From contig OZ038378.1 of assembly GCA_964036045.1 (NCBI GenBank), forward strand, positions 166,408,001 to 166,472,000: DNA of 64,000 nt, given 5' to 3'. This document shows positions 48,537 through 60,280 of this stretch, in pieces. The stretch's first letter is position 1, and each line of letters opens with the position of its first letter. The position numbers and the translations under genes are program-made. This stretch comes from Eutreptiella sp. 'Long Island Sound 2002' (Eukaryota; Protista; Euglenida). Below the pieces are notes generated by a model that worked only from the letters and a program-made list of their open reading frames with translations, was not told the DNA's origin and ran no database searches.

Positions 48537-50166
48537 TCATGCGCTGTGCTTGCACATTGGCCTCCCTGTGGATGGCCGACCACTGACGACCCGACACCTC
48601 GTCCACCCCCTCCACCCGACAGCCCCCCCCCCCCCCCGGTTGCTGTGATCGTTGTGACCATGTTTCAGAAAGCGGTTGATGCTTTCCAAAATGTCCCCCG
48701 AGAACATAGCCAACCCAAATGGCTTAATGTTATGCAACATGGTGTCTACATCATGCTCAAGGCTCAGTACATGATGCTGTTGCGACGGTATAGTGGCGCC
48801 GGAAATCACGGGCCGGGGTCACGGGCCACGCACCACAGTTCAATGGGTTAGGGCCCTGATATGTACAATAGAGGGCCTGCAGCAGGTCCCACATGTTCGC
48901 GATGGCCTTGTACTTGGCCGTGCTCGGCCTAATGCCGAGGCACCTAGCAATATCCGGCCATGCGTCAAAAAATTGGCCGTCTCTTCCCCGTCCGGGGAAG
49001 CTGACCCATAAACGCTCCAACCTGCACGCCTCTCCGACAGGAGAAGTTGCAGGTCTTGACGAAGCGCAGGGGTGACCGACCAAGCCTCCCGGTCGACAAA
49101 CTCCCCCAACAAGCGGCCCATGGCCATTTTCAAGTGCAAAATGCACAAGACGACCCAGGTTCGTGGCAATTTCAAAATCCGCTGCGTACTGCAGCCAACG
49201 GCTTGCAAGGAAGGCGTCCCAAGGAGGAAGGCCGTGTAGTTGGCCTCATCACCCTCCATGGTCCGCGGGATAGCACTACCCTCCCAAGTCTTCTTTTGGG
49301 CATTCCATATCCCCTCAATGATCATGGAGCCCACTTGGGGGCATGTGGACACCACGATCACCCTTCATGTCCATGGTTGATCCCCCCCGAGGATCACCTT
49401 TGCCCCTTCCTTGGGGGCCCCCCATTGGACCAGCCCCGTGTCGATGATGTCTTGAATCGCCTAAGCACGAGACATGGGGGGTGGTTAAATTCGTTCTAGT
49501 CTAGTCCAATCTAGCTTCTAGCGAGCGGTGTTGAGGCTAACTAGATCAAAACTAGAACGAGGGAAAGGCGTTAGGTGAGAGGCCTACCTCCCAATTGCTC
49601 TTCCACAACGTCCCAAGGGTGTCCATGGCCTTGTCATCGCCATTGGCCATGCTCAACACCCAAAGGCCCGCGGGGGAGCGGGCCAAGCGGTCGAAGTTGG
49701 CCAAGGAGATGGTGAGTTGGGTCTAATTGCCCCCGGCCACGGGGTAGGCATCTCCCCGGACGATGAACGTCAACGGGAAGTTGCGGTTGATTGACCGCAC
49801 CAAGGCCGGCCGGGAGAGGATGTATGTGACCCATGAGGCGAAGGGCCATGAGATCCCGGTGGCCTTGGGCAACACCGTGGCAACGGGCTCATCCAATTGC
49901 ACCGGGGCGACCAACTCCTTCCAAAGGGCTTGGAAAGCACGCTCGGTACAAATTGGACGGCAGTAGGGGCCACCGGGGACGGTGCGGTGATACTCCAACC
50001 TACGGAGCGTGTAGAGCTCCGAGAGCGTCCTCCACGAGGACTTGGGGGCCCTCATGTTGAGCACTAGTTGACACATGGCGGTGGGGGGGAGAAGGGAGGC
50101 GGTGTATGCCTCAGCGGCGGCCTTGCATGCCTCCCGTGGTATGGGTAGAAGTGGCGGAGGTCGCAT
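48537..50166 (-). pseudogene. Degenerate DDE transposase of the CTAG element, with one predicted intron (49461-49587)
   Basis: IVRGDAY (D ~49751); after splicing WE|AIQDII...VILGGDQPW; then CILHLKMAMGR and FSGDILESINRFLK (E box). Contains stops and frameshifts. Confidence 0.65.
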
Positions 50167-50589
50167 ATTGGACGGCGTTGTTGAATTGCCGCCGTGCTAG
50201 GGGGCATGATAACGCTCACGTGGCCAAGTAATGGCCCACCCGCTCATCCTTGAGGTTTGAAGCCCCACTCAACTCCCGTAGTGCCTTAGACAAGAGGGAA
50301 GTATCCTTCCCGGTTGAGAAGGGAGCAAGGGGGGAAGTGGCGGGGCGTTTCATTGCAAAGAAATGTGCAATATCTAAGCGCGAGAGAAGGAAGCATGAAA
50401 CAACGAACTACGGACAATAGCAAGCATGCACGGGGGAACAATGAAGAAATTGGGATATGTGTGTAGACATTATATCGTTGTAGTATTGATCTAATCTAGG
50501 CTAGAACATCTAGGCTGAACACAGGCTAGATCAAGATTGGGTCTTCTAGGGTGTACGAAGGGAATATGCATTCATGGCTTGTTCAAGAA

Positions 50590-50810
50590 AGAAGAAATCA
50601 GAATTGGCTGCCTCACCCCTGCCTTCTCGGGGGCTCAAAAGTGGGCGGAAATGCTACATCACCTGTGCGTTCTCCAGGGTCACCAACAAAAGGGACAAAA
50701 TCAGAATTGGCTGTCTAACCCTGCCTTCTAGGGGGCCCAAAAGTGGGCAGAAGTGCTACATTACCCCTGCATTCTCAGGGGTCCCCAACAAAGGGGACAA
50801 AATCAAACCA
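50590..50810 (+). repeat. Diverged relatives of the 85-bp minisatellite, ~2.5 copies, opposite orientation
   Basis: AAAATCAGAA, TTGGCT(G/A)CCTCACCCCTGCC and AAGTGGGC blocks match the reverse complement of the 21992-22358 unit. Confidence 0.7.
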
Positions 50811-51191
50811 CAAATACAACCAAAATTCCGTTGTGTCCCTGATGCTGCTTGAGGACCTGCAGACTGCCCATACTGGGTTTTGAACCCATGACCTTTTAGT
50901 TGCAGAGGCAGTACTTTACCTACTAGGGTCTGGGCCATCTCTGACAAACCTTGATATTTGGTCCAATTTGCATTTCATCCAATATTGGGTTCTCCTGAAA
51001 AAACTGAGTATTTTGAGTTTCGACACCTAGGATGGAAACCCATTTTTTCACCCTCTACTAGATCAAGGAAATATTCCTTAGGGCGCCTTTGGCGCCGATT
51101 GTCCAGCACTTTGGTGCCAATTTGCACAAGGGGGGGGGGGTCGGAGGGGGAGTCGGCGTACAGCAACCGGGCCCGGCCACCCCCCGGGCCA

Positions 51192-52700
51192 TTTCCACGT
51201 GGTTTTTAAGGTTTTTGATAACGATGACGCGCAGTGAGCAGCCCAACAACACTCCATTCTTGGCTACCCACCAACCCCCCAGGCAGCCCTTGATCTTGCA
51301 CATGCGCTTGACTTGGACATACATGCCGCGCAAGGCCCTCAACACTCCTTCGTCATTTCCCCGCCCCCCCATCACGGCCATGGAAATGGCCTTGGGTATC
51401 AGGTCAAAACATCCGTGTAGTCCGTGCCGGCCCCTACCAGCGGGCCCTTGAGCACATGCCCAGCTCCACTAGGAGGCTCAGGACCGTTGCTGCGTTGATG
51501 GCCCCTTTGTGGGGGCGGAATCCATATGCCTACGGAAGTATCCGTTGCTCCTGCCACTGCAGGGCATCTTTCATGCGTATTCCTCTTCATCTGCGGTACA
51601 CCTACGGCAGCAGTGTCAATGGTCGTTGCTTCATGGGGTGCTTTCCCCCTGCCCCTTAGTGATGTGAATCCTTCCGCCACTCGGTCTCGCCAGTGCCCCC
51701 GTGCACTCCACCATTCGTAGAAGCTCCGCGAGTGCATCCGAGAAGGGCACGAGGAGGCACTTCAGCAGGGTCACGGATCAAGGGTCCAAGCTGTTCGCCG
51801 TCCTCATGCCCATTTTTCATGCCCGTCGCAGCAGTACCTACCAATGAGCACCCGGGCCTTCATTGCATTGTGCCGCACGTGCCGTCGATACTCGCGCATG
51901 AATTTGTCCACGGTGCAGACTCATAGCGTCGATTTATGGGCTTTCATGCCGCCCTGATGGCTTCATCCACTTCGGCAATGTTCGCCGTGAACTCGCCGCT
52001 CGGTGTCTTTACCATCTGCAATGCCCTCTTGACCCCTTGATCTAGCGGTGCACCATTTTTGGCACTTCAGCCCCAAGGTTCGTCTATCCATTGCTTCCAC
52101 GCCTTCACTCGTGCTCGCTCCTCCGTCTGCACCCATGTTCGGACAGCCGCCTCCAGGGTCTCCATGAGCTGCTCTTGCTCCTTGCCACTTCATAGTGTAT
52201 TCTTTGGCAACATCGCTACCCCCTTCAACAGGGGTCCTTCCGGATGAAGCCGCTCGAGTCTTTTGCGTGCGGAGTGCCAGCTTTGCTATACCTCTCTAGG
52301 CCATCTGCTTGGTCTCGTCTCTGCAGACGCCTCCCATGCACGCACGTACCTTGGCACCGGCTATAGCAATCCTCTAATCGCGTCCGTGATCTAGATAGCC
52401 TTCGTTTTTGGGGCCCGATTGGGCGTCTTCTTGTTGGGGAAGAGTTTGGTGACGGCCGTCGTGCTCTGCGTGCCCCCATCCCGTTTTTCTAGTGCCCGTG
52501 CAGCCCTTTTCAGCACCAGAGGGCCCGGCCATTGTTGTTGGAGGACCGATTCCATTCGGCTGTCCTCGTTGAGCTCCACAACCAGGAACTCCTCCGCTGC
52601 CCATGTCCATGTATTCCACATCCCACTGGTGTCCTCCGAGCACACCGCTGTTTTCCAATGCCTACTCACGCTGCTCCAGAACGCGTGTGCCAGGTCCTGA
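51192..52700 (-). mobile_element. Non-LTR retrotransposon 1, middle part (post-endonuclease region and RT N-terminal half)
   Basis: MWNTWTWAAEEFL; KQRPLTLLP; AYGFRPHKGA; LVGAGTDYT; LRGMY...GCLGGWWVAKNGVLLGCSLRVIVI (degenerate NGxxQGCPLS). Confidence 0.75.
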
Positions 52701-52702
52701 TG

Positions 52703-54899
52703 CTACTAGAGCATCGCTAGAACGCCGCTAGAACAGTTCCCGCGAACGCCGCTAGAACAAAAATATTTAATGCTTACCAGCCCCCCCCCCCCCCCTTGGA
52801 ATGGCACCAAATACAGGTGTACTCACAGATGTGACATCACAGAGCATACAACAGAATGCCACAGCACACACCACAGGGTGCAGACACCACATAGCATGCC
52901 GCAACCGGCTAAACACCCAACAAATAACTAAAGCTGCCAAACAACCCAACCTGCCAAGGAACTAACACACCATCCAACCAACCCCACCAACCACACCACA
53001 TGAGAACACAGCACACCACAGGGCACGCCATGTGACCACAACACACTACCCTCCCACACAATACAGCACACCACGCCACTGCACAGTACCACACAACACA
53101 GCAGATCACACACCACAACAGACTACAACACAGCACACCACACCACTTTACACCTTACGAGACCACAGTATTGTCATGTGGTGTGGTCGGGTGTCATGTG
53201 GTGTGGTCTGGTGTCATGTGGTGTGGTGTGGTGTGGTGGGGTATGGTGCGATAGGGTTGCCTGTCTGGTTTGTTGAAGGGTGTGTTGGTTGCTTGGCAGG
53301 TGGGGTTGTTTGGCAGCTTGGGTTGTTGGGTGTTGGGCTAGGTGGGGCACGCTGTGTGGTGTCTGCACCCTGTGGTATTAGGTGCCGTATGCTGTTGTGT
53401 GCTCTGTGATGTCATGTCTGTGGGTACCATGTAATTGCTGCCATTCCGAGGGAAGGGGGGGGGGTGATAAGCAGTTACTATTTTTGTTCTAGCGGCGTTC
53501 GCGGGGGCTGTTCTAGCGGTGATCTAGCGGCGCTCTAGCGGCCACTAGAACGTCGCTAGATTACCGCTAGAACGCCTCCCTAGAACGCCGCTAGAACAAG
53601 AATAGTGACTGCTTATAACCCTTCCTCCCTCCCTTGGAATGGCAGCAATTACATGGTACCCACAGACATGACATCACAGAGCACACAACAGCATACGGCA
53701 CCTAACACCACATGGTGCACACACCACACAGCGTGCCCCACCCAGCCAAACACCCAACAAACAACCCAAGCTGCCAAACAACCCTACCTGCCAAGCAACC
53801 AACACACCCTTCAACCAACCAGACAGGCAACCCTATCGCACGATACCCCACCACACCACACCACACCACACCACATGACACCAGACCACACCACGTGACA
53901 CCCGACCACACCACATGACAACACAGCACGCTACAGGGCACGTCATGTGACCACAACATACTCCCCCCCCCCCCCCCGCACAGTACAGCAGCGAGAAAAA
54001 CACTGAACAATGTGGTTATGACCATGCGCCTGTGACACGGGGGCGTATGCGAGCCCAGTATCCGTTGCCTCATGGCCGCACAGTACATCACACCACAGCA
54101 CATCACCTACTACAGCAGACCACAGCACACCACAACACACCACACTACATGACACCACTTTACACCTTGTGAGACCACAACACACCACAACACTGCACAG
54201 CATTGCATGGCATACCTGCAACTTCAAAATTCAACTTCAAAATTGCATTTTGTCATCAATATCAATAAAATCCAAGAAAAAACCACCTGTGAAACGAAGA
54301 ACAGAACACCCTCCCAGACCCGTGAGTCCAACCCCCCCCCCCCCCCAAGGTAGTTCTCAAGCCCCCCGCCTGAAAAATGTGTGACAAAAGCAAAGCCCCC
54401 CCCCCACTAAGGGCTTGAAGGGAGGGCACCCCCACAGTGCCCGTGCCTATGTCAAAATGTGTGTGTGCATGTGTGTGCGTGTGTGTGTGTGCGCGCGCGC
54501 ACATATGACTAGACATATACCAAATGTGATGGTTTCCATGTGTCTATGTGTCATGGAAACCCCCCCCTCTCCCACATTGGTGTGTTTTACTTGCCAAATG
54601 TGTGTGCATGGTTTTGTTCTAGCGTCGTTCTAGCGCTGTTCTAGCGGGGCGGTGCTAGAGCGCCGCTAGAACGTTCCTAGAACGGTTTTTTGTACTTGTT
54701 GAATTTCATGTTGAAAATGTGTTTTTCTGAAAAACAACGTATGGACCCGCTAGTATGGTAATAAGGGTCCAATTTGCACCCTTCATACCCCCGCCCCCCT
54801 ATGCCCATGGGTCGGCGTACCCCCCTCTTTTTTTCGTTCTAGCCGCTCTAGCGCGTTCTAGGCTAGAACGAGATTGGGTATTCCAGCGTGTACCTAGGG
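52703..54899. mobile_element. Non-autonomous member of the CTAG family containing a foldback structure
   Basis: The right end (54899) matches the 45417 TIR over ~75 bp. No left TIR found. CTAG clusters at 52705, 53485-53598, 54617 and 54836. Confidence 0.6.
53171..53921. repeat. ~750-bp inverted repeat (arms ~330 bp) of CAC/GTG-rich sequence
   Basis: 53171-53500 is the reverse complement of ~53583-53921. A more diverged direct copy of the right arm lies at ~52745-53060. Confidence 0.9.
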
Positions 54900-55330
54900 G
54901 AGGAGCATTCCCCGGCCGCGAGGTGTACCGGAGTACTGTCCTCCACAGCTAAGCGTTGCTGCGCCGCTTCCCCACGATTCCATAGGCCACCAGGACGTTG
55001 AGGATGATGTGTCCTTCGCATAGGCGAAGTGCCAGACACCCATAGTGCTTGGGTTCCCTCGTCACTCATCGGGGGCGTCGCCAGTTGCATCACCATACTT
55101 GGGCGATAGAGAATGCCTACCCCGCCAGGCCCGATGTCCCGCATACGGGCCCCGTTGGGGGGAAGCGGTGCACCCCAAAGCGCTCACCATCCCATTTTTT
55201 GGGCCAGCACCATCATGGCCCTCCATCCTGCAGCCGTGGGTCTCGTTTCTTGCACACCTAAAATGTCTGCCTTGGACGTCATGATCTGCCTCTAGTGTCG
55301 TCATAGGGAGGTCACATTTGCAAATTCCAT
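54900..55330 (-). mobile_element. Non-LTR retrotransposon 1, 5' part (APE endonuclease N-terminus)
   Basis: ANVTSL...SKADILGVQETRP; GGVGILYR; LNVLVAYG...LWRTVLRY...GNAP, all APE-type motifs. Confidence 0.7.
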
Positions 55331-55399
55331 TTGCACGGGCCCCGGCTTTGAGTGGATGCCCCCATTACATTCCAAGAGCATGCACACCGGGTCGTATAG

Positions 55400-58300
55400 C
55401 GATGGCCACTGGGCCATGAGCAACAGATACAAGACTCACATACACCCCCGTGACACAGGCGTATGGTCATGGCCACAAAGCACACAACATTGTTTCGCCG
55501 GCGCGAACCCTGTTAGCTCTGAATGTTTCCCTGACAGCACCGCTGAAATCGGCCATGGAATGCTTCATGGGCCATCTGTGTTAGCCCCTCGCCTCTCATC
55601 CAGGAACCATCCTATCTGCCACCATTAGACTACTCGCCCTAAGGCGCACCTGGACCTTCCCCTACACCTCTCAAAACCTATAGCGGGGTCATCATGAAGA
55701 TGCCACAACTCAATACCCTGGCCATCGACCGGTCCTGCTAAGGCGTGGTGCATACAAACCACTGCAGGACCCCGTCCCTGAGCCCACAACCACATGCCCC
55801 CACTGACTTCACTCCTTGTACCACTTGCGTCTTTTTTTGCTGACTCCAGAAGTTCAAAGAGTACTCGAGACTGTGCTTGGGAAAGTGGGCGACTCCCGCC
55901 CAGCATATGATACAGTGGATCCCCGCAACGCCGGGCACATGGCAAAGTCTGAGAGTTCACATGCGTATACCAGAGGGCTCTTTGATGCGGTAGGCAAAAC
56001 CGCCACGCCATATGACAAGCCGATGGGTGGCGCGCTGAGATGCCCACAGCCGCCTCATCACCGAAAAGAGCACCCCCCTTCTGTTATGCCGCTGGTAGTG
56101 GCGGTTTGCAGGGTTGGCCACACTCCAGCACGTCGCAGAAGGGAGTGCCAGTGCCGTGATTGCCGGCACCAGATCATCTAGCACGTCGCGGGATGAATCC
56201 AGTAGTGAGGCCCCGAGAACCGCACGCTGAAGCGGAAACCAAGGTTGGGCCAGATACTGCATTGTTGAGGCTACCTGTTGTGCCCCTTGGGTCTGCGGCA
56301 GTGGAACAGAGGCATTGGTCGAGATATCTCACCGCCCATGATCTAGTGTGGTATGACTGCGGCCGGTCCCATGTGCGCACCGCTCTGCGGTGCGATGTCT
56401 CTTGAGAGGCGCAGCCATCCCGCCGCAGTGTTCTCTCCCGGGCCCCTGTAAACCCTATTTGATTGCGGAGGACAGAGTCAGTGGGGTTTGGTCATACGGC
56501 TCGTTGGCGCAGCTTTGTGTACCATGCCCGCACCGCTGTGGAGAGCATGAGCGGCACCTGTAGGTCGCGGGGGGGCTTGGTGAGTAGGCCGCGCAATTGG
56601 CATACACAATGTAGGGCGTGCGACTGGTGCCAGGCCACACCGTCCCTGAGCTCTACCCGCAGTGCTCAGGGGATGTGGTCCCATAGTGACTGCGGCATGC
56701 TAAGGTAGGAAACATGGCGTAGGTCCGCCGCCGACGCCCTGTTCCACCATTCAATTACCATACCGTGCCACGGTCCCCAGGTACTAAGCCACATGTTGCG
56801 AAATGTGACTTTCCAACGCATGCAGTGTATGAGGCGTTTGTAGACAGCGGTACCGTGATGGAGGGGACGTAGGGGGCATTTGGGGGTGGTATGGTCCCAC
56901 GGCGCGCCCGTCCCATCCCATTCAACCTGGCCCCATAGCCATTTAACGCAGAGCATGCGTCGGTCCCCGCGCATCGGCAGCCAGGATAGCCCGTACGCAC
57001 CGTCGAAAGTGACGACACGCCTCCGCTGGAGGATCCATTTCCGCGCCGGAGTGGGGGTGGGCCCGCCGCATATTGCAATATCTTCGTGGCGGCGGGGATC
57101 GTAATCCAGCACGGTTAGGCGCGTGGCCATCTAGGCGAGTAGGTCTACTTCCCCATTACGCCGAATTTGTTTGTCTTCTTGTGCGTTGCGGGCCTCTGTC
57201 TGAAGGCGGTGGCTAGCCATCCACTCCGAGGCGACGCGTTTGTGTTGCACCTGGTCACACACCTTGCGGCGGATGTTGGCGTCAGAACATTCGTGCGCGG
57301 GTCGGTAGTGAGCGCATTTTGTGACGGCCCTGTTGTCGATATATTGAGTGTCACTGTCGGATGCGATCGCTGCTCCAATGGCTGCCCCCTACATTTCAGC
57401 CCTGTAGGACTGCTATAGGCTCGCCACCCGGGTGAGGATGCGAAGAGGCCCTTTTGTCACTGCTGCGCCTGCCCCCGGTATTCCTAGCCCGCCATCTCAA
57501 CTGCTTTAAGGGTACCGTCGGAGTATAGGGACATTCCGGTTGGCGGTTGCTGGTTTGAGTAGCACGGTATGCCCGCGATGGTGACAGGGCGGTATCACGC
57601 GGGCACCGTGCCCGCCGAGGGGTCTTCGTGGTACCAGTGTGGGGCAATGTAGTGGCGTGTGTGGAGGGCATCCCCCACCTGTTCTTTGCGGGCTGACAGG
57701 AGGTCGCCGTCATCGGAGCTTTCGCTGTCGATGAGGTTGGCCCCCCCGGCCGGCCACGGAGGAAGTGCTATGTGAAGTGCGTTGCGAGCACCCAGCTGGG
57801 TGAGTATAACCAGGTAGTTGCGGATAGGCACCGCTCGGGATGGTAGGTCTTTGCTGAGGTCGCAGCCAATGGATCCCGGACGTGAGCGTAACGTGTTCTG
57901 TACCATTGTGATGAATCCTGCCCTGTGGGCCTAGTACAACTGGTGCAACCCCACTTCGCCCAGGCGGTGAGGGGAAGTGACATGGAGGACATTGTATGAT
58001 TTGTGAACGTCGACCTTATTGAGCTCCATACCCTCCACCATAAGCAAGCCAGAACCGCAAGCACATGGTGTCCATGGCTTTGAACATTGAGTTGTTGGGG
58101 AGAAACAAGGTGCGATACGTCCACTGTGGGATCAGGACGTTGTTCAGCAGCTGTACTAGCTCGAAAGCGTTCCGTGGCAGGTATTGGCGTCGCGCCAGAT
58201 CAACTGCGGCCATCACGTGCCTTTTGTTCCCAGGTCGCATGTGCCAGGTGGTGACCAAGGTAGTGGAAGATCGGGGGATGCAGCAGCAATCGCGCATCAC

Positions 58301-59950
58301 CCCACGTGATGGTGTCCCTGGTCGGGGACTCTCTTTGCGCCACACCTTCACGGCGGGAGGGTGGAGCCCAACGGTAAACCTGTGTCTTTGAAGGGTTCGT
58401 CTTGAGGCCTAGTATGGCAGACAATTGACTGACGCGCTCCAGGACGCGTTGCATCTCACGTTGGTTCGGGGAGATGATGGCAATGATGTCGACATAGGCC
58501 GGGATGGTGCTATTGGAGAACTCCCTAGTGAGAGTCTGGTGGAAGGCCTCATACACCAAAACAAAAAGGGCCGGGGACAGGGGGGGGGGGGGGCTCCTTG
58601 ATGCCGCGGCGTAACGGAATACGGACGACTCCATACACCCCTGTGCTGTGTGCGTAGATGCTGGCCACCATGTTGTAGTTGCGAACTGGGGTTCCAATCC
58701 GCCGGAGTCCGTAGGTGAGGCACTCATGGGGCATGTTGGGGTAAGGCTTTGCGATTTTCAGGAGGCATACCAGCGCTTCGTCCCCATATTGGTGTTAAAG
58801 CATCGACATGCGGAGGGCTTGTTGTGATGTGGTATAGCGTCGCCTACGTCCTGCTTGGGGTTCGGAGAGTGCTGCGTCGATGGGCCCGCGCAGGGTGTCT
58901 AATATGAGGCGGGCCAGAATGGAGTACATCCCCGTGGCTATGCTGATGGGCCGGTAGCTGCGGGCCGCCTTAGCGGGGCCAGTTTTGTAGATCATGGCTA
59001 TTTCAGCCTGCAGCTAGTGGCGCGGCGTGTCGCCGCTTTCCCACACATGGCGCACTGCTATGTAATGGTCCCTTTGTAGTTCCCTAGGTAACCAATGGTA
59101 CAAGTGTGGCGCCACGTAGTCCATGCCTGCCGCCTTGTTCTTGGGTTGGCGCAGCGCTTATGTGAAAGATTGTCAGGAGGGAGGATCGGGGATTACTGGT
59201 CATCTTGGTTTTAAGACTTGTGATAGAAGAGCCTTGGCCTCTTACGGTCTCCATGGTGGGTGTCCTGCGAAGTGCGGAAGATGTTCCGCGGCCGAGGTCG
59301 TGTTTGGTTGCGGGCTGGTTGTGCGGAAGCGGGTGATCAGCCACCACTTTAGGGCATTGTAGAAAGTACAGCAGCCACATACCGCGCATTTTCGGAAGCG
59401 TCTCAGGTGTCGTTGGGCCCGTTTCATATTATTGGTCGCCTCGTGGTGTGCCCAAGCCTGCTCGGCCCTCTTGGAGGTAGGGTTGCGGTGCAACTCGTCA
59501 GCCAGTTGTTGTTCAACTGCGTCCTGAACTGGTTGTGGGCGGGGGTGTGCTTGTAAAAAGCTGCACACTGCGGCAATGATGGCGTCCGCCCCATCCAGCG
59601 GCTGCATGATGTGATCTTGGTTAGTCAAGTGCGCCTTGGACCACTGTGACATGTGGCGCGAAAACTTGCGGAATAACGAGGAGGACACGTTGACACGTTG
59701 ACAATCACAGGCGGCGGCGCTGGCCGCGGTCCCAATGGGTTCATCACTGTGACTGTGACCGCTTTGTGGTCACCTGCATGGGGAAAATCGATGGTGTCCG
59801 CAGAGATGGGGGGCTGAATGTCCCATGCCGTGGGAAAAAACAACACAACGTCCAAGTGGCGGCCCCGGCAATGTGTGGCAAGATTTTGAGCGTCAACATT
59901 TGGTGCATGTGCCAACCTCGGTTCCAACAAGGCTCTGAATTCGAGGAGGG
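55400..59950 (-). mobile_element. Non-LTR retrotransposon 2 (L1/Tx1-like APE-RT), heavily degraded
   Basis: RHLDVVL...AGDHKAV (APE C-terminus); RSYRPISIATG; LSPALFVL; AYVDIIAI (degenerate YxDD); LGLKTNPSKT; FHYLGHHL. The downstream part is unresolved. Confidence 0.75.
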
Positions 59951-60280
59951 GGTGCCCCTACCTAGTTGGCTGGGAAGGGTGCCCCACACACACAATCGTT
60001 AGAGTCTGCCATAAGGATGCCCAGGTCCGGCACTTAGGCGTTGGCCTACTGCTCGTGAGGGGCTGTCAACAAGATCAGGGACAGCAATACCCGGGGTGGG
60101 GTGCCCACTATCCGTGCGAGGCGTTGGCCTACTGCATCGGAGGGCCTCCCACCGAGATCGGGGATAGCAATACCTAGAGCAGCATGTGAGCTCTCTCCTT
60201 CGTATGGGGTACCTTGGAACCCTGTATCCACAGAGCTGAAGCACTTACCAGTCTGACTCTCCAGCGGCGCAAACGCAGTC

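Larger units (their letters stand above)
45417..50562 (-). mobile_element. CMC-like DNA transposon with CTAG-rich repeats (5.15 kb)
   Basis: 40-bp TIRs CCCTT(G/C)GTACAC(G/C)CTAGAAGACCCAATCT... (45417-45456 / 50523-50562, 36/40) and a 2-bp TSD AA. GTTCTAGC/GCTAGAAC clusters occur at ~45630-45710, 47000-47112, 49493-49560 and 50490-50550. Confidence 0.85.
44793..51190. mobile_element. Probable non-autonomous DNA element (hAT-like) inserted in the RT, itself hosting the 45417-50562 element
   Basis: TTTCC is repeated at both junctions (44788-92 / 51192-96; 8-bp GCTTTTCC vs CCATTTCC). Ends are imperfectly inverted (CAGGGGGGGCCGGG / CCGGGGGGTGGCCGGG). Its removal restores the RT sequence TTWK|SIINDV. 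Confidence 0.5.

Noticed and set aside
45426-54890. One element with CAC termini and a TA TSD
   Set aside because: A third TIR copy at 50562 shows the TIR really begins at CCCT, and the intervening RT fragment indicates two separate insertions.
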